DNA from: Leucoraja ocellata
Taxonomy: Eukaryota
DNA length: 64,000 nucleotides
NCBI GenBank assembly: GCA_036785375.1
Contig: JAWMAR010000531.1
Coordinates: 806,001 to 870,000, forward strand
Direction: 5' to 3'
The position numbers were made by a program, and so were the translations under genes. Below the pieces are notes generated by a model that saw nothing but the letters and a program-made list of their open reading frames with translations, ran no database searches and had not been told where the DNA came from. Shown in pieces: positions 1-13,400 of this stretch (positions are counted from its first letter, which is position 1; each line of letters opens with the position of its first letter).

Positions 1-2517
1 TGTGATACTGCAATTTCCCCCATGCAGCACATAAGTGGTTACTGTTTTTCTTTATGCCACCTCCGTGGTAATTGGAGTTCTGTTCAGTCCATTCTGAATA
101 TAACTTTTATGTGGATGTTGCTGCAGAAGTCAACATTTCTTGCCTTATAATTAATTGCCTATGGAAAATGGAGAGTTGCTGCAGTTGTTGTGTAATAGAC
201 CCTCGTTTGTAGCCACTCCGACATATTCCAGTATTTAGACTTGGTGACCATGAAAAGCATTTATGTTTCCCTCTGACTCAAAGGGGACCTTGCAAATGCT
301 ACCCTCTTGTACCTCTGACCATAGTGCCCCTGGGTAGAACTTGTGGATTAGGTAGGTACCTTCAGAACTTTTTAGACAAATAGAGCATGGAAACAAGCCC
401 TTCGGTCACCATATCTGCTCATCACTATGCCAATCTAAACAAATCCATCACTGTGGCCTGCCTGTCCATATGTCTGTCTATATGTTCCTTAAATATTACA
501 AATTTGCCTGCTTCCGTCACCTTGATCCAGGCCACCACCAACTCTTTAATTTTAAAGCACGTCTCAAACCAAAATGTCACCTGTACATTTCCTCCACAGA
601 TACTGCCTAGCTTGCTGAGTTCTTCTGGCTCTTTATGTTTTACTCAAGTTGCGTCACACATATTTTAATCTTCCCCTCGCTCACCTTGAACCTATGCCCT
701 CTAGTATTTGACGTTTGCACCCTGCTTTTATCTCTAGCTTTCAAGATTTTGGACACTTCGATCGGGTCACTCCTCCATCTCTAAACCTCCAGCTCTCGTA
801 TATCATACAAATTGCAGCTACAGTGTGCTACTGCTGCAGAGAATGAATGTAATGTTAATCCAACCGGCTCCTTTGTCCTTTGCCCTGCACTCTATATTTC
901 TTTAGTGTTTGAGCTACATGAATCTGGGCACTTGTCAAATAGTTCTTTATTTTTGGTATCATCACGGGGGGGGGGGAGGGGGGAGTGGTGGAAAGGCTCA
1001 CTGCATTATAGTTGGCATGTGACCTTTACTTGCTCTTCAGGTTACCAGGTTCAATTGTGAATTGCCAAGTTTCTCATTAATTATATGACCTCTGTTTTGT
1101 TGTTGGTGAATCTAGTTATGGCAACGCTTTTGAATGTAAAGTTGGTGATTAGACGCCTGCATTTTAGTGTCCTGAGCCCATGATATTTATGGGCATGTTT
1201 GAACAGTGCTGATCGTCATTTGTCAGATGAGCTCTACTGTTTGACACCATTCTGCTTCATTATTTGAAGATGTTCACCACTGAATATAACACTCCTTGAT
1301 CTTGTTTCCACTTTAACCATGGCCCATTGTTCATCATGACTATGACTAGATTGATGGGGTAGGAGAGTTGAATTTTTATGCAAGGTGACACCTGAACTAG
1401 ACGACTGAAATATTAGCCTACCTATGCAATCCGTTTGCATTACTCGTTATCACCTTCCCCACATCCAACAATGGACCATTGTGGGCTCCACCTTTCCTGG
1501 TCTCTGCAGACTTTGATCTGTTTTTTTGCACCATTGTACCTTGTCATATCGCTCGGTTCCCTCGCCTCTGTCTCTCAGTCTGAAGAAAGGTCTCAACCAG
1601 AAACGTCACCTATTTATTTTCTCCAGTGATACTGACTGACCTGCTGAGTTACTCCAGCTTTTTGTGTCTATCTTCGGTCTAAACCAGCATCTGCTGTTCC
1701 GTCTTACAAAAACAATCGATGAATTCTTTAGCGCAGCTGACTTAAATGACTATCTTGTAATGCCTTGAAACATTGGTGCAGAGACATAGTTCACATCCCA
1801 TATTAGTAGCCGATGAATTAAAATAATTAAAAGTATCTGGAATATTTTAAAGCTAGTGCCACCACTGTCTGCCAACCTTGTTTTAGAGTGTGACACGAGA
1901 CCTGCCAATGTGTTTGACAGTTGCTTCTTCAATTCAGTGATAGTTGGATCTGCCAGTGATGTTCATATCCTGTGAATTACATATTATTTTTAAAAAAAAT
2001 CAGAAGTGAGAACAGTAAGAGCATTCTTAAGTTATGAATGATGGGCAGTGTTTTCATTTGAGCCTGTGTAATGAAGTAGAATCTTATGAAGGTGCATTTT
2101 TATTATTTTCAACTTCTGCAATTTGCAAAAACACTTAGTGCTTTTTAAAAATTAAGCGTAACAGATTGCAGTTGGATGTTCGAATGGATGTGATATGTTG
2201 CTGTAGCTTTTGAGTTTCTTTTCCTGATTCCTTTCAAATGCTGACATTGTAATCTCTGGAAATGTTCACCCCACCCCCGGTTTAATGTCACCTCTCTATT
2301 TGTCTATACCTTAAATTGTCATATTAATATCTTGTTCAGTGTCGAGCATTATCCCGTGCGGTCCTGGGAAGCTTTCTCTTCAAACTGTAATCTAATTATA
2401 AGCTGTTGCCTAAATGCAAGTCGGCAGTTAATACTCTGAGATTGAAATAGCGGGAATTGTTCTGCAATTAAGGCAAAACTTAATTTAAGATGTAACACAT
2501 CTGTTTTTGTCCTTAAG

Positions 2518-2664
2518 GTAAAAGCTTTCTTGGCTGACCCATCAGCTTTTGTTGCTCCTGTTGTTGAGGCTGCTCCAGTTTCTGTCAAGGAGGAAGTGAA
2601 AGAGGCGGTGAAGGAAGAGTCTGAGGCATCTGATGACGACATGGGCTTTGGTCTGTTTGACTGA
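2518..2664 (+). CDS. RPLP0: 60S acidic ribosomal protein P0, last coding exon (upstream exons not seen in window)
   Basis: Acceptor ...tttttgtccttaag| then [48 protein letters not shown], matching the P0 C-terminus ([11 protein letters not shown]...DMGFGLFD); AATAAA at 2715-2720. Confidence 0.93.
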   Translation, partial: VKAFLADPSAFVAPVVEAAPVSVKEEVKEAVKEESEASDDDMGFGLFD

Positions 2665-3642
2665 AAAAAAAGCAGCTACCCATTGTAGCACGGCTAATCA
2701 ATCAGCCTAACCAAAATAAAACATTTTATTTACGGAAACCTGTAGCTTGTGTGTTCATGTTTTAGTTTATTTATGTCTGTTTTTAACTTGTGGCTTTTAT
2801 GCAATTTTGTGTGAGATGGTTAGTAAGTAGCTGCTTAATCGCAGTATCTGTCACATGGTGTAAATGTCGATCAGTGACGGGCAGCGGTGATCACTGCTGA
2901 CAGTAAACTCAGGCTATTCAGCCTGAGTGCTCAGAACAGTATAACCAGTTTGCATTTGAAAGCTGGCATTACAATGCAGAATGCATTTAGTGTTCAATTT
3001 GGAAATAATATAAGGCAGCATCTGTGGAGGGAAATTGATAGGCATGTTTCAGGGCCAGACCTTCGAGTCTGGGGAACGGTCCTGACCTGAAAAATCTTTC
3101 CATTTCCCTCCATAAATGCTGCCTGGCCTGCCAAATTTCTCCAGCACTGTTTTTTGCTCAAGATTCTAACATCTGCAGACTCTTGTGAGTAGGTAAATAT
3201 TAACATGGAATTTGGCTAGGGTGTGATATAACTTCTAGATAAAGGTAAACAATGCCGAAAATATACTTCATATGAATTATGTTCTATCAGAATTGAAGTG
3301 CATCAATGTAAAACAAATGGTAATGTGGGACACAGCCATAATTCGATGTTTATCTGAAATATTGACTGAGTTAATTCTTTATCCAGGGTAATGGAGGGAG
3401 GTTGTACTAACCAGGGTAATGAAAACGCACTAGAGAACACGTTCAATGGCATCAGGCTTATTGTCTGATATTAATAATATATTGACTAAACAGAGTGGTT
3501 CTGTGCCTAATTAAATGCTCTTTAGCTGTAAGTCACCACTCTTCCCGAGGCCCGACTGGAGAATGAGGTTAGAAAACCCGTTCAAGCTACAGCCAAGAAA
3601 GCAAGCCAACATCTACTTCCTCAAAAAACAAGAGGTTTGGCA

Positions 3643-4005
3643 TATTCTTAAGGGGTTGGACAGGCTAGATGCAGGAGGATTGTTCCTGATGTTGGGGAAG
3701 TCCTGAACAAGGGGTCACAGTTTAAGTATAAGGGGGAAATCTTTTAGGACCGAGATGAGGAAAACATTTTTCACAGAGAGGTGAATCTCTGGAATTCTCT
3801 GCCACAGAAGGTAGTTGAGGCCAGTTCATTGGCTATATTTAAGAGGGAGTTAGATGTGGCCCTTGTGGCTAAAGTGATCAGGGGGTATGGAGAGAAGGCA
3901 GGTACAGGATACCGAGTTGGATGATCAGCCATGATCATATTGAATGGCGGTGCTGGCTCGAAGGGCCGAATGGCCTACTCCTGCACCTATTTTCTATGTT
4001 TCTAT
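3643..4005 (+). mobile_element. CR1 LINE 3' fragment inserted in an older Rex1/L2-like fragment
   Basis: ILKGLDRLDAG...TRGHS motif region and (tttctatg)n tail. Confidence 0.85.
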
Positions 4006-6004
4006 ATCTCCAAATACTTTCCAGCTTCTACGGATGCTCAGTCGAAAGCATACTATCAGGATGCATCACAACTTGGTTTGGCAAAAGTCCTGCCCAGATC
4101 TGCAAGAAATTGCAGAGTTGTGAATATGTTTCCTGGTTTCTCTCAGATTGCATCTTTATCATGAATGTCCAGTCCTCTTGCACCTCAAATAAAGGTCACA
4201 AGGCTGTCCGGTTCTGAAACCGAGACCCAATCAATTTCCTTCTGTTAACTCACTGTTCTGCCTGGTGGAAGTTGTCCTCAACAACCACTTTGATTCCTCT
4301 CACTTTCTCCAAGTTAAAGGTGCAGCCATGCAAACTGGCATGGGCCCCAGCTATACCTGACTTTTTGTTGGTCATGTGGAACAGACGGAGGAATTGGGAG
4401 CAGGACAGTCTTTGCAAGAGGCAGGGTGGGAAGGACATACCATGATAACCACCTCATCGAACTGTTGCTGCCTTGAGTAGACTAAGATGCCTTTGGACCC
4501 TACTGTCATTATGTATAAACATTATCATTGTACCCAAAATGCAGAACTCTGCAATTTTCAGAATTAACATCTATCATTACACGGCCCACCTTACCATATC
4601 AATGTTCTGTAAATGAAGACTATTCACGCGATCAACAACAGTTTCATGATTTGTGTCAACTGTGCACTTACTGATCATATCCTACTTTTACATTCAAATT
4701 AGTAATGTATATAATTAACATCAAGGGCCTGAGCACCAATTACTTCACACATACTGGTCACAGGCTCCAATGCAAAAAGCAATCCTTGACCATTACCTTC
4801 CATACCCTATCAGCAACCTTATTTTGCATCCCATTTACCAATAAATTGAGGAATGGGACTGCTGCAAATGATCAGAGTTCAAGCATTGGTACTCAAAGCA
4901 CGTGCTGAACCAAATTTGTTAAATTCTCACCTTTCAAACATACACCAGTTCCTAACAATGAGCCTAAAGTTATTCTGCTTCTATATTGCATGAATAATAA
5001 TGAGATTTATTCCTTGCATTGATCTCAAATCTCTTTCAATCATTCCCCTACCGTTACCCCACGCGTGCTCGTTCGCCATTTTGCCCACTTCTATTTCCTA
5101 TTTTTTTCAGTCTTTAACTAAGTGTAGGAAGGTGGGAATCTGACCAGACAGTCAACAGAACTATCGAATTGGGAAAATAATAAAATCAAGGGTGTAGAAA
5201 GGAACTGCAGATGCTGGTATATATTAAAGATGAGAGGGTCTCGACCTGAAACTCACCAATCCTTTTTCTCCAGAGATGCTGCCTGACTTGCCGAATTACA
5301 CCAGCACTTTGTGTCTATCTTCATTAATAAAGTCAATACTGAGAGAATTGGTATCCGATGGTTTGAGAAAAGAGCTGGAAGTGGAAACTTTATAATTGCG
5401 GAATTAAATGGGATTGGAAGCATTTCTCTGGGTTGATTACAAAAATGTACTATAGCGTGAGAAAAACATCTATCTATATAAGTGATGGTTGATGACCATC
5501 AATTATGTTTGCAAAATTCACACATTTTAGCTATGGTGTAACCCACAGGTTGTCAGACAGTATTGTATTCTGTGGAGAATATTTGCAGTCCGAGGATGGT
5601 GTAAAACAATTTAGCGATTATGACCTTTATCTGGTTTTGCTATTGCAAAGACCCCTTTGATGTAACACCTACGCGAGATAAAAACAAACCAGCTGCGTGA
5701 ACTATTGCAAAATCTCACCAAACTTGTTAAATTCACACCTTTGAAACATACACACCAGTTGCTTAACAATGAGCCAAAAGCTATTCTGCTTCTATATTTA
5801 ATTTTAATTTAATTTTATTTAATTATTTATTACGAACAGAATAAAAGAATAAAAAGCAAGTGTGAAACAGCATACAAAAAACAAAAGAATATTTATAAAG
5901 TGTCATAAACAATATCTATAAATAAATGAAATTGTATGTGTCCGAAAAGGAGCAGGAAGAAGCCAAAGAGAGACTGGGGAGAATTGAGGGGTGGGAGGCT
6001 AGTC

Positions 6005-7090
6005 AGGTCAAGAGAGTTTATTGTCATGTGTCCCAGATAGGACAATGAAATTCATGCTTGCTGCCCCACAACTGAATATTGTAGGCATAAATACAGATCA
6101 GATCAGTGTGTCCATATAGCATAGAATACATATATACACACACATAAATAAACAGATAAAGTGCAATAGGCTGTTCAGAGTTTGTTTGAAGTTGTGTTTA
6201 ATAGTCTGATAGCTGTGGGAAGAAGCTGTTCCTGAACCTGGGTGTTGCAGATTTCAGGCTCCTGTACCTTCTACCTGTTGTGGCGGTAAGCGTAAGTGGG
6301 TCCAGGTTATTGTTGAGGTATGAGTTGATTTGCACCATGATCAGCCTCTCAAAGCACTTCATCACCACAGATGTTAGTGCCACTGGTCGACAGTCATTGA
6401 GGCATGTCACCTTGCTCTTCTTGGGCACCAGTATTATTGATGCCCTTTTAAAGCAGGTGGGAACCTTAGACCTCAGAAGTGAGGGGTTGAAAATGTCCAT
6501 AAAAACTCCAGCCAGTTGGTCTGCACAGGTTTATAAAACATGCCCGGGTATACCATCTGGTCCAGGCACTTTCCGAGGGTTCACTCCTCTGAAGGATCTT
6601 CTGACGTTGGCCTCTGTGACTGACCGAAATACAATCACGGCCAATGGGGGCTCAGGAAGGCACATCAGTGGTCTCCCTATCAAAGCTTGCGTAAAACGCA
6701 TTGAGCTCGTCAGGGAGTGATGCTTCGCTGACATTTGAGCTGCCTCCTGATTTCGCCTTGTAGGAGGTGATTGCATTCAAGCCCTGCCACAGTTGCCGAA
6801 CATCCATCTCATCCCCCAGCTTGGAGCAGAAGTTCCTTTTGGCCTTTTTGATGGCCTTACCAAGATTGTATCTGGACTTCTTGTAGACCTCGGTATCTCC
6901 TAACCTGAATGCCCGGGATCTGGTCTTCAGAAGAGTGCAGATCTCATGGTTCATCCAAGGCTTCTGGTTAGGAAACACTCGGAAAGATTTTGTTGGGATG
7001 CAGTCTTCCACACATTTCTTTATGAAGTCTGTAGCGACTGTGGCGTATTAATTCAGGTCCCTGAACATTTCCCAGTCTGTGAAGTTGTTC
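6005..7090 (-). mobile_element. Rex1/Babar-like LINE, fragmented
   Basis: ORF pieces [46 protein letters not shown]...RFRNSFFP; frameshifted. Confidence 0.85.
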
Positions 7091-7654
7091 CTTTGCCACA
7101 CCCCCCCCCCCCCCCCCCACTTCAGATCGCATGGAGTTGGACTCATCAGCAATGGGAAAACATAATAGAATCACAAAGCGGTCTGTATATGATGTGAAGT
7201 TTGCGATTTGTATATGATGTGAATGTTTTGATGAGTCAGAAGATAAGTTACTTCCCACAGCATACCCAGCCTATGGCCTACATAACAATCCAGAAGCAGC
7301 TACATGGTTTTCCTGAGAATAGCTTATTTTTCTTGTAAATGGTGACAGACAGGACATTTTATGATGGGGGCGAGGTGAGCTAAGCAATGATACAGGAAAT
7401 AAATTTGGAGGAGAGGTGATTAGAATCTCTGTTGATGGATTTGGTTACTGACTAGTACTGATATGACATGAACACTTGTCTGTGTAAACCTGAAAGCCGT
7501 TGAGTTCTTGCCACACATGGGAACATTATCTTATATTTTCTGACAAGCTGTGAATGAAACTGAACATTGCAGGGTAATCAGTAAACATATCCACAGCTGA
7601 CATTTTGGTGGAGAAGAGTAAGTTGAATCAGCTGAAAATAGTTGATGCTGACAA

Positions 7655-8420
7655 TAGACAATAGGTGCAGGAGTAGGCCATTCGGCCCTTCGAGCCAGCA
7701 CCGCCATTGAATGTGATCATGGCTGATCATCCACAATCAGTACCCCGTTTCTGCCTTCTCCCCATATCTCCAGGCTCTGCCATCTTTAAGAGCCCGATCA
7801 AGCTCTCTCTTGAAAGTATCCAGAGAACCGGCTCCACAGGCTAAGAATTCCACAGACTCACAAGTTTCTGTGTGAAAAAAGTGTTTCCTCATTTCCGTTC
7901 TAATTGCCTTACCCCTTATTCTCAAACTGTGGCCCCTGGTTCTGGATTCCCCCAACATCGGGAACATGTTTCCTGCCTCTAGTGTGTCCAAACCCTTAAT
8001 AATCATATATGTTTCAATGAGATCCCCTCTCAACCTTTTTGGTATTTAAATTTGGAATTTTAGAGTATACATGCCAAGCCGGTCCATTCTCTCAGCAGAT
8101 GACAGTCCCGCCACCTCGGGAATTAACCTTGTACATCTACGCGGCACTCCCTGAATAGCAAGAATGTCCTTCCTCAAATTAGGGGACCAAAACTGCACAC
8201 AATACTCCAGGTGTGGTCTCACTAGGGTCCTGTACAACTGCAGAAGGACCTCTTTGCTCCTATACTCAACTTCTCTTGTTATGAAGGCCAACATGCCATT
8301 TGCTTTCTTCACTGCCTGCTGTACCTGCATGCTTACTTTCATTGACTGATGAACAAGGACACCCAGATCCCGTTGTACTTCCCCTTTTCCCAACTTGACA
8401 CCACTTAGATAATAATCTGA
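7655..8420 (-). mobile_element. CR1 LINE 3' fragment (copy A only)
   Basis: LVRPHLEYCVQFWSP, RGDLIETY, TRGHSLRI. Confidence 0.9.
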
Positions 8421-10321
8421 GAGAACGTCCTTTACACTCTCCTTTGTGTGCAACGTGATAATGTCCAGTGGTCCCCTGGTTAACTTTTTTTGTTTTCCCT
8501 ACATTCTCATATCACCTCCCCCAACCGACCCCACCCCTCCCAGATTCCATATGCTCACTAGGGACCATTTAGAGTAGCCAAATTAATCCACAAATTTACA
8601 CGTTTTGGGGAATGTGGGAGGGAACCCGAACACCCGGAGGATACTCACACGATCCAAGATCAGGAGTGGAGCCAATTCCGCCGTGCATCAGGAAAACGAT
8701 TGATTTATTCAGCGTCAGAGACGAGAGGCGCTAATAACCGTGCAGCGAGAAACCATTCGTAGACTGTGTGGGCAGCTGTGTGGCCTGTAACGGAGGATGA
8801 TGCATCCAGACGCTGCTGTCTGTACCAAAGATCCTATCTGGTACAGACAGATCCTATCTATTTGGTACGCCAACACAGAGGCTGAATATGCATCATCACT
8901 TAAATCACTCCTTGAATGTTCCTTTCTGCAGGCGTGCCAGCGTGAGAGTGTGGTGTTAATGTGAAAGTAATCGGAGGGCATCAGCGTCTGAAAAGCTAGG
9001 AGTCGTGGAGACGCGAATAATGTTCAAACTGGCGGTGAACCTGCAGCAGTTTCACGGCGAAGGAGGTGTCGCGGCTCGTTGGGCTTCATCTGTCTCAGTA
9101 GGTGCCGGCGCATTTCTGTCTCGGGTTGTTGGTCCTTAAGGCTAAAACTGTAACGTTGGTGGATGTGTGGGTCAGTCATCAGGAGAGGATGGCAATGGCA
9201 CGCGTCCTTTCATTTTACCTTTTAAGGCGGGGAGTAGACCAAAGATCCCATAGGGGAGGATCCTATCGCAATAGGATCTTTGGAATAGACTGCATTTCCA
9301 GACCAGTCTTCAGAAGGACTCGCTATCCTCCTGCTGCATTAACGCAGCGGGTCAAGCAGCATCAAGGAGATAAAGGATGGGTGATATTTCGGGTCTGGAC
9401 CCCCCCCCCCCCCCCCCTACTCCTCATCCCCTCGGCTGCTCTTCCAGTGAAAACTAACTTGCATCTCTCTCTTCCCCAGTTCTGGCGAAGGATCGCAAGC
9501 CCGGAAGATTTTTCTTTCTACAGACTACGACCACCCCCCCCCCCCCCCCCCCCGCAGGAGATTATGTTTTTGTTTCAGATTTGCAGCATCTGCAGGTTTT
9601 GTTTTGTTTTTAATAAATTCTCTCTCAGTTGGGAGCGTAACTATAGCGTCAGCTCAGAGCTCACTATCCGAAGGGCAAGGTGATGTTTAATTTACACTAA
9701 TGTTGTTGCTCATTGATTCGGGCCAAGTTAACGTGAAGCCATGGGGTCAATCACAAGACAGCAATGCCTCCGTGTAGAAGCGCGGCCACAGTCGATACAA
9801 GTCTCTCTCTCAGGTGATCTTTAATCTCGGCACCTCAAGTTCCTCAGATGTTCAGTCATGTCGCTGAGAACTGGTCATGCAAAGCTCATCAGTGGTTTCC
9901 CGGACCAGTGTGAGCCACTTTACCGATTTAATTAAAAATAACAGAAAATACTGGACATGTTCAAGTCAATCACAATATTTGCAATGAGACACAAAACAGG
10001 AACGCTGAAACTTTTGATCTTTTATCAGAACTGAAAGGCAGATTTAAAGGAATTACAGATCAAAATAACGGCGACGGGAAACAGCGAAGGTTTGGCAGAG
10101 GATGTCCTGAACATGACGGCGCACACAGCAAGGTAACTTACAGCGAGGTTCTATTTCTAAACCCGCAGGTTCCAACTAATCCGCTACTTCAGCTATTTCT
10201 AACTGCTGATTTCGGCATCCATACTATTTTGCTTCGGTGGTGAAAGTTTTGTCGGAGACGGCGACCAACAGTCACAGTGACTGCGATTTACAGTTACTGG
10301 ATGCAGGTTGTCACAACGAGC

Positions 10322-10432
10322 CTAGATTTTTCCTTTAAACTGCGGCTGAGAATAAACGACAGGTACTTGCTCTCCATCGCAACTCTGTGTTTGGGGGCTG
10401 GCTTTGCAAAATTTCAGAATTGAATATTGTGC
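10322..10432 (-). CDS. Receptor A terminal coding exon
   Basis: tttcctatatttccag| AQYSILKFCKASPQTQSCDGEQVPVVYSQPQFKGKI*; YxxL and a further VVY motif. Confidence 0.8.
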   Translation of the reverse strand, partial: AQYSILKFCKASPQTQSCDGEQVPVVYSQPQFKGKI

Positions 10433-13400
10433 CTGGAAATATAGGAAATATAGATAGCAGATTAATTGTCCTTAGAATGTTTACAATTATGATGTTAGTA
10501 ATTACTCTACACATTGCAGTAAATCCACTTGACTTTAACCTGTAATGTCGCGGTAAGCAGGTTTTCAAACAATGTTAACTTTATGTCAATGTTAGCTTTA
10601 AAATAGGTCTGCCCTTTTCTCATTAATCATAGATTATATTTCACAACGCCATATTTCAGTTCATCGAGAAGATGGGGGCTCACCGAGTAAACCCATCCCA
10701 CCGCTAATTTCTCAGTGGCATTTTCTTCCCGCATTCCAATCAACGTCCCCCCCTCCCAGATTCTACCACTCACCTGCAAACTGGGGGTAATCTACAGCGG
10801 CACTGGAATCCTTGGGATCTGTGTGGGAGCACCTGGGGGAATCCCTTTGCCTTCTTGGGGAGAATGGGGAAAAGTCCTCACATGCAGCGTGGACAGCAGT
10901 GTTGCTCAGGAGTTAGACACAAAAAGCTGGAGTAACTCAGCGGGACAGACAGCATCTCTGGAGAGAAGGAATGGGTGACGTTTCGCGTCGAGACCCTTCT
11001 GCAGTTGCACCGGAGTTGCTGGAGCCGCGAGGCAGCAACTCTCTTGGAGCCATTGGGGTTGGACTAGGACTTCCCTTGGGACAATTATCTTTAATTGTTT
11101 GTTTTCCAGTACAGCCCGTGTCGTTGGATGTCTGCCCGAATACATTGTCATGTAGTTTGAAATACACTTTTTTGTTTTGTTTTTACAGCATACCTGCTCT
11201 GTTGAATTATTGATGGTCTTTACCGTCGCAAAATCGGAATAAACGACCTGTGAATCTGCAATCTGACGGATTTCCGCGTATGTTGTAGAAGACGTATTCG
11301 TATATACACCAGGTCCTGAAATATCCTTTGGGAAACAAGAGAGTTAACTTCACGAAACTCAATAACTACATAGAAACATGGAAACATAGAAAATAGGTGC
11401 AGGAGTAGGTCATTCGGCCCTTCGAGCCTGCACCGCCATTCAATATGATCATGGCTGATCATCCAACTCAGTATCCTGTACCTGCCTTCTCTCCATACAA
11501 GGGCCACAAGGGCCACATCTAACTCCCTCTTAAATATAGCCAATGAACTGCCTTCTGTGGCAGAGAATTCCAGAGATTCACCACTCTCTGTGTGAAAAAT
11601 GTATTTCTCATCTCGGTCCTAAAAGATTTCCCCCTTATCCTCAAACTGTTCTGGAGGACCAAGATAAATGTTGAATCATATAACCGTATAACAATTACAG
11701 CACGGAAACAGGCCATCTCGGCCCTACAAGTCCGTGCCGAACAAATGTTTTTTTCCCTTAGTCCCACCTGCCTGCACTCATACCATAACCCTCCATTCCC
11801 TTCTCATCCATATGCCTATCCAATTTATTTTTAAATGATACCAATGAACCTGCCTCCACCACTTCCACTGGAAGCTCATTCCACACCGCTACCACTCTCT
11901 GAATAAAGAAGTTCCCCTTCATATTACCCCTAAACTTCTGTCCCTTAATTCTGAAGTCATGTCCTCTTGTTTCAATCTTCCCTATTCTCAAAGGGAAAAG
12001 CTTGTCCACATCAACTCTGTCTATCCCTCTCATCATTTTAAAGACCTCTATCAGGTCCCCCCTTAACCTTCTGCGCTCCAGAGAATAAAGACCTAACTTA
12101 TTCAACCTATCTCTGTAACTTAGTTGTTGAAACCCAGGCAACATTCTAGTAAATCTCCTCTGTACTCTCTCTATTTTGTTGACATCCTTCCTATAATTGG
12201 GCGATCAAAATTGTACACCATACTCCAGATTTGGTCTCACCAATGCCTTGTACAATTTTAACATTACATCCCAGCTTCTCTACTCCATGCTCTGATTTAT
12301 AAAGGCTAGCATACCAAAAGCTTTCTTTACCACCCTATCTATATGAGATTCCACCTTCAAGGAACTATGCACGGTTATAGGAACTATGGACGGTTATAGG
12401 AACTATGCACGGTTATATCAAGATAAATTGTCCACAATCTATGAGAGAAAAGTTAGAATTCGTACCTTCACAGTTTGCTTTGTTTAAATATAATATCATG
12501 TTATCAAATGGAACAATTATTTTCATTCCGCATGTAAATTTCTGCCATTTTATCGCTGCTTTCCCCTAAATACCTTAATTACCAGAATATCAATTACTCT
12601 TTTCTCTTTGCACAAACCAAGGTCGAATAGATTCTAACACCTCCTTGTATCCTCAACATTTATTTTTTCCAATACTAATGTCGCTAATATGGCTTGCCCA
12701 GTCTAGTTGCTTGTCTGATTTTTCAATGGCCTTTTCTCCAATCAGATGTGATCGCTGACCATGGAACTTCGCAAGGCGCAGCGATAAGCAGTGGATGCTT
12801 TGAATTTGACTTGAACATGACACTACTTTCAATCGAAGTGTCATGTTCCTAAAAATTATGGAGAACAACTAAAACAGTGGGGGAAAAAACAACGATTAAA
12901 CACCTTTTGGAAAGTACATGTCATTTGTTTGCACTAATAACATATGGTGCGTAAAGGGACGTAAATTGTGCAGTTACACTACCTCCAGTACTGTTCCAGG
13001 AGTCGAATCACTGTGCACCATTAACCGTTTTCCTATAATTACAAAATAACCAAGCATTATTTCAAGTGACATGTTGTCATTGTGTCAAGGCTGTAAATAT
13101 AATCACAATGAACTACAGGTGCTGTTTTACACAAACTGCTGGACTAATTCAGCGGGACAAGCAGCATCTCTGGAGAACACTATGAACATAGAATTATCCA
13201 AGGTAATTACCCTTTCAAGATTCAAGATTCAATAGATTTACTAGAATGTTGCCTGGGTTTCAGCAACTAAGTTTCAGAGAAAGGTTGAACAAGTTAGGTC
13301 TTTATTCTTTGAAGTGCAGAAGGTTAAGGGGGGACTTGATAGAGGTTTTTAAAATGATGAGAGGGATAGACAGAGTTGACGTGGAAAAGCTTTTCCCACT

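Noticed and set aside
1-2237. Search for RPLP0 upstream exons or an intronic snoRNA
   Set aside because: No P0-coding sequence or convincing C/D or H/ACA box arrangement seen by eye; needs an Rfam/Infernal scan
2349-2642. 97-aa minus-strand ORF conserved in both copies
   Set aside because: Antisense shadow of the RPLP0 exon
4986-5007. TTGCATGAATAAT shared with the IgL promoter octamer region
   Set aside because: Lacks the full ATTTGCAT, AT-rich context, no downstream leader or V exon; likely chance
9102-9683. 193-aa plus-strand ORF (149 aa in copy B)
   Set aside because: GTG start, crosses poly-C runs and repeat fragments, length not conserved, no recognisable domain; probably antisense to the receptor 3' UTR
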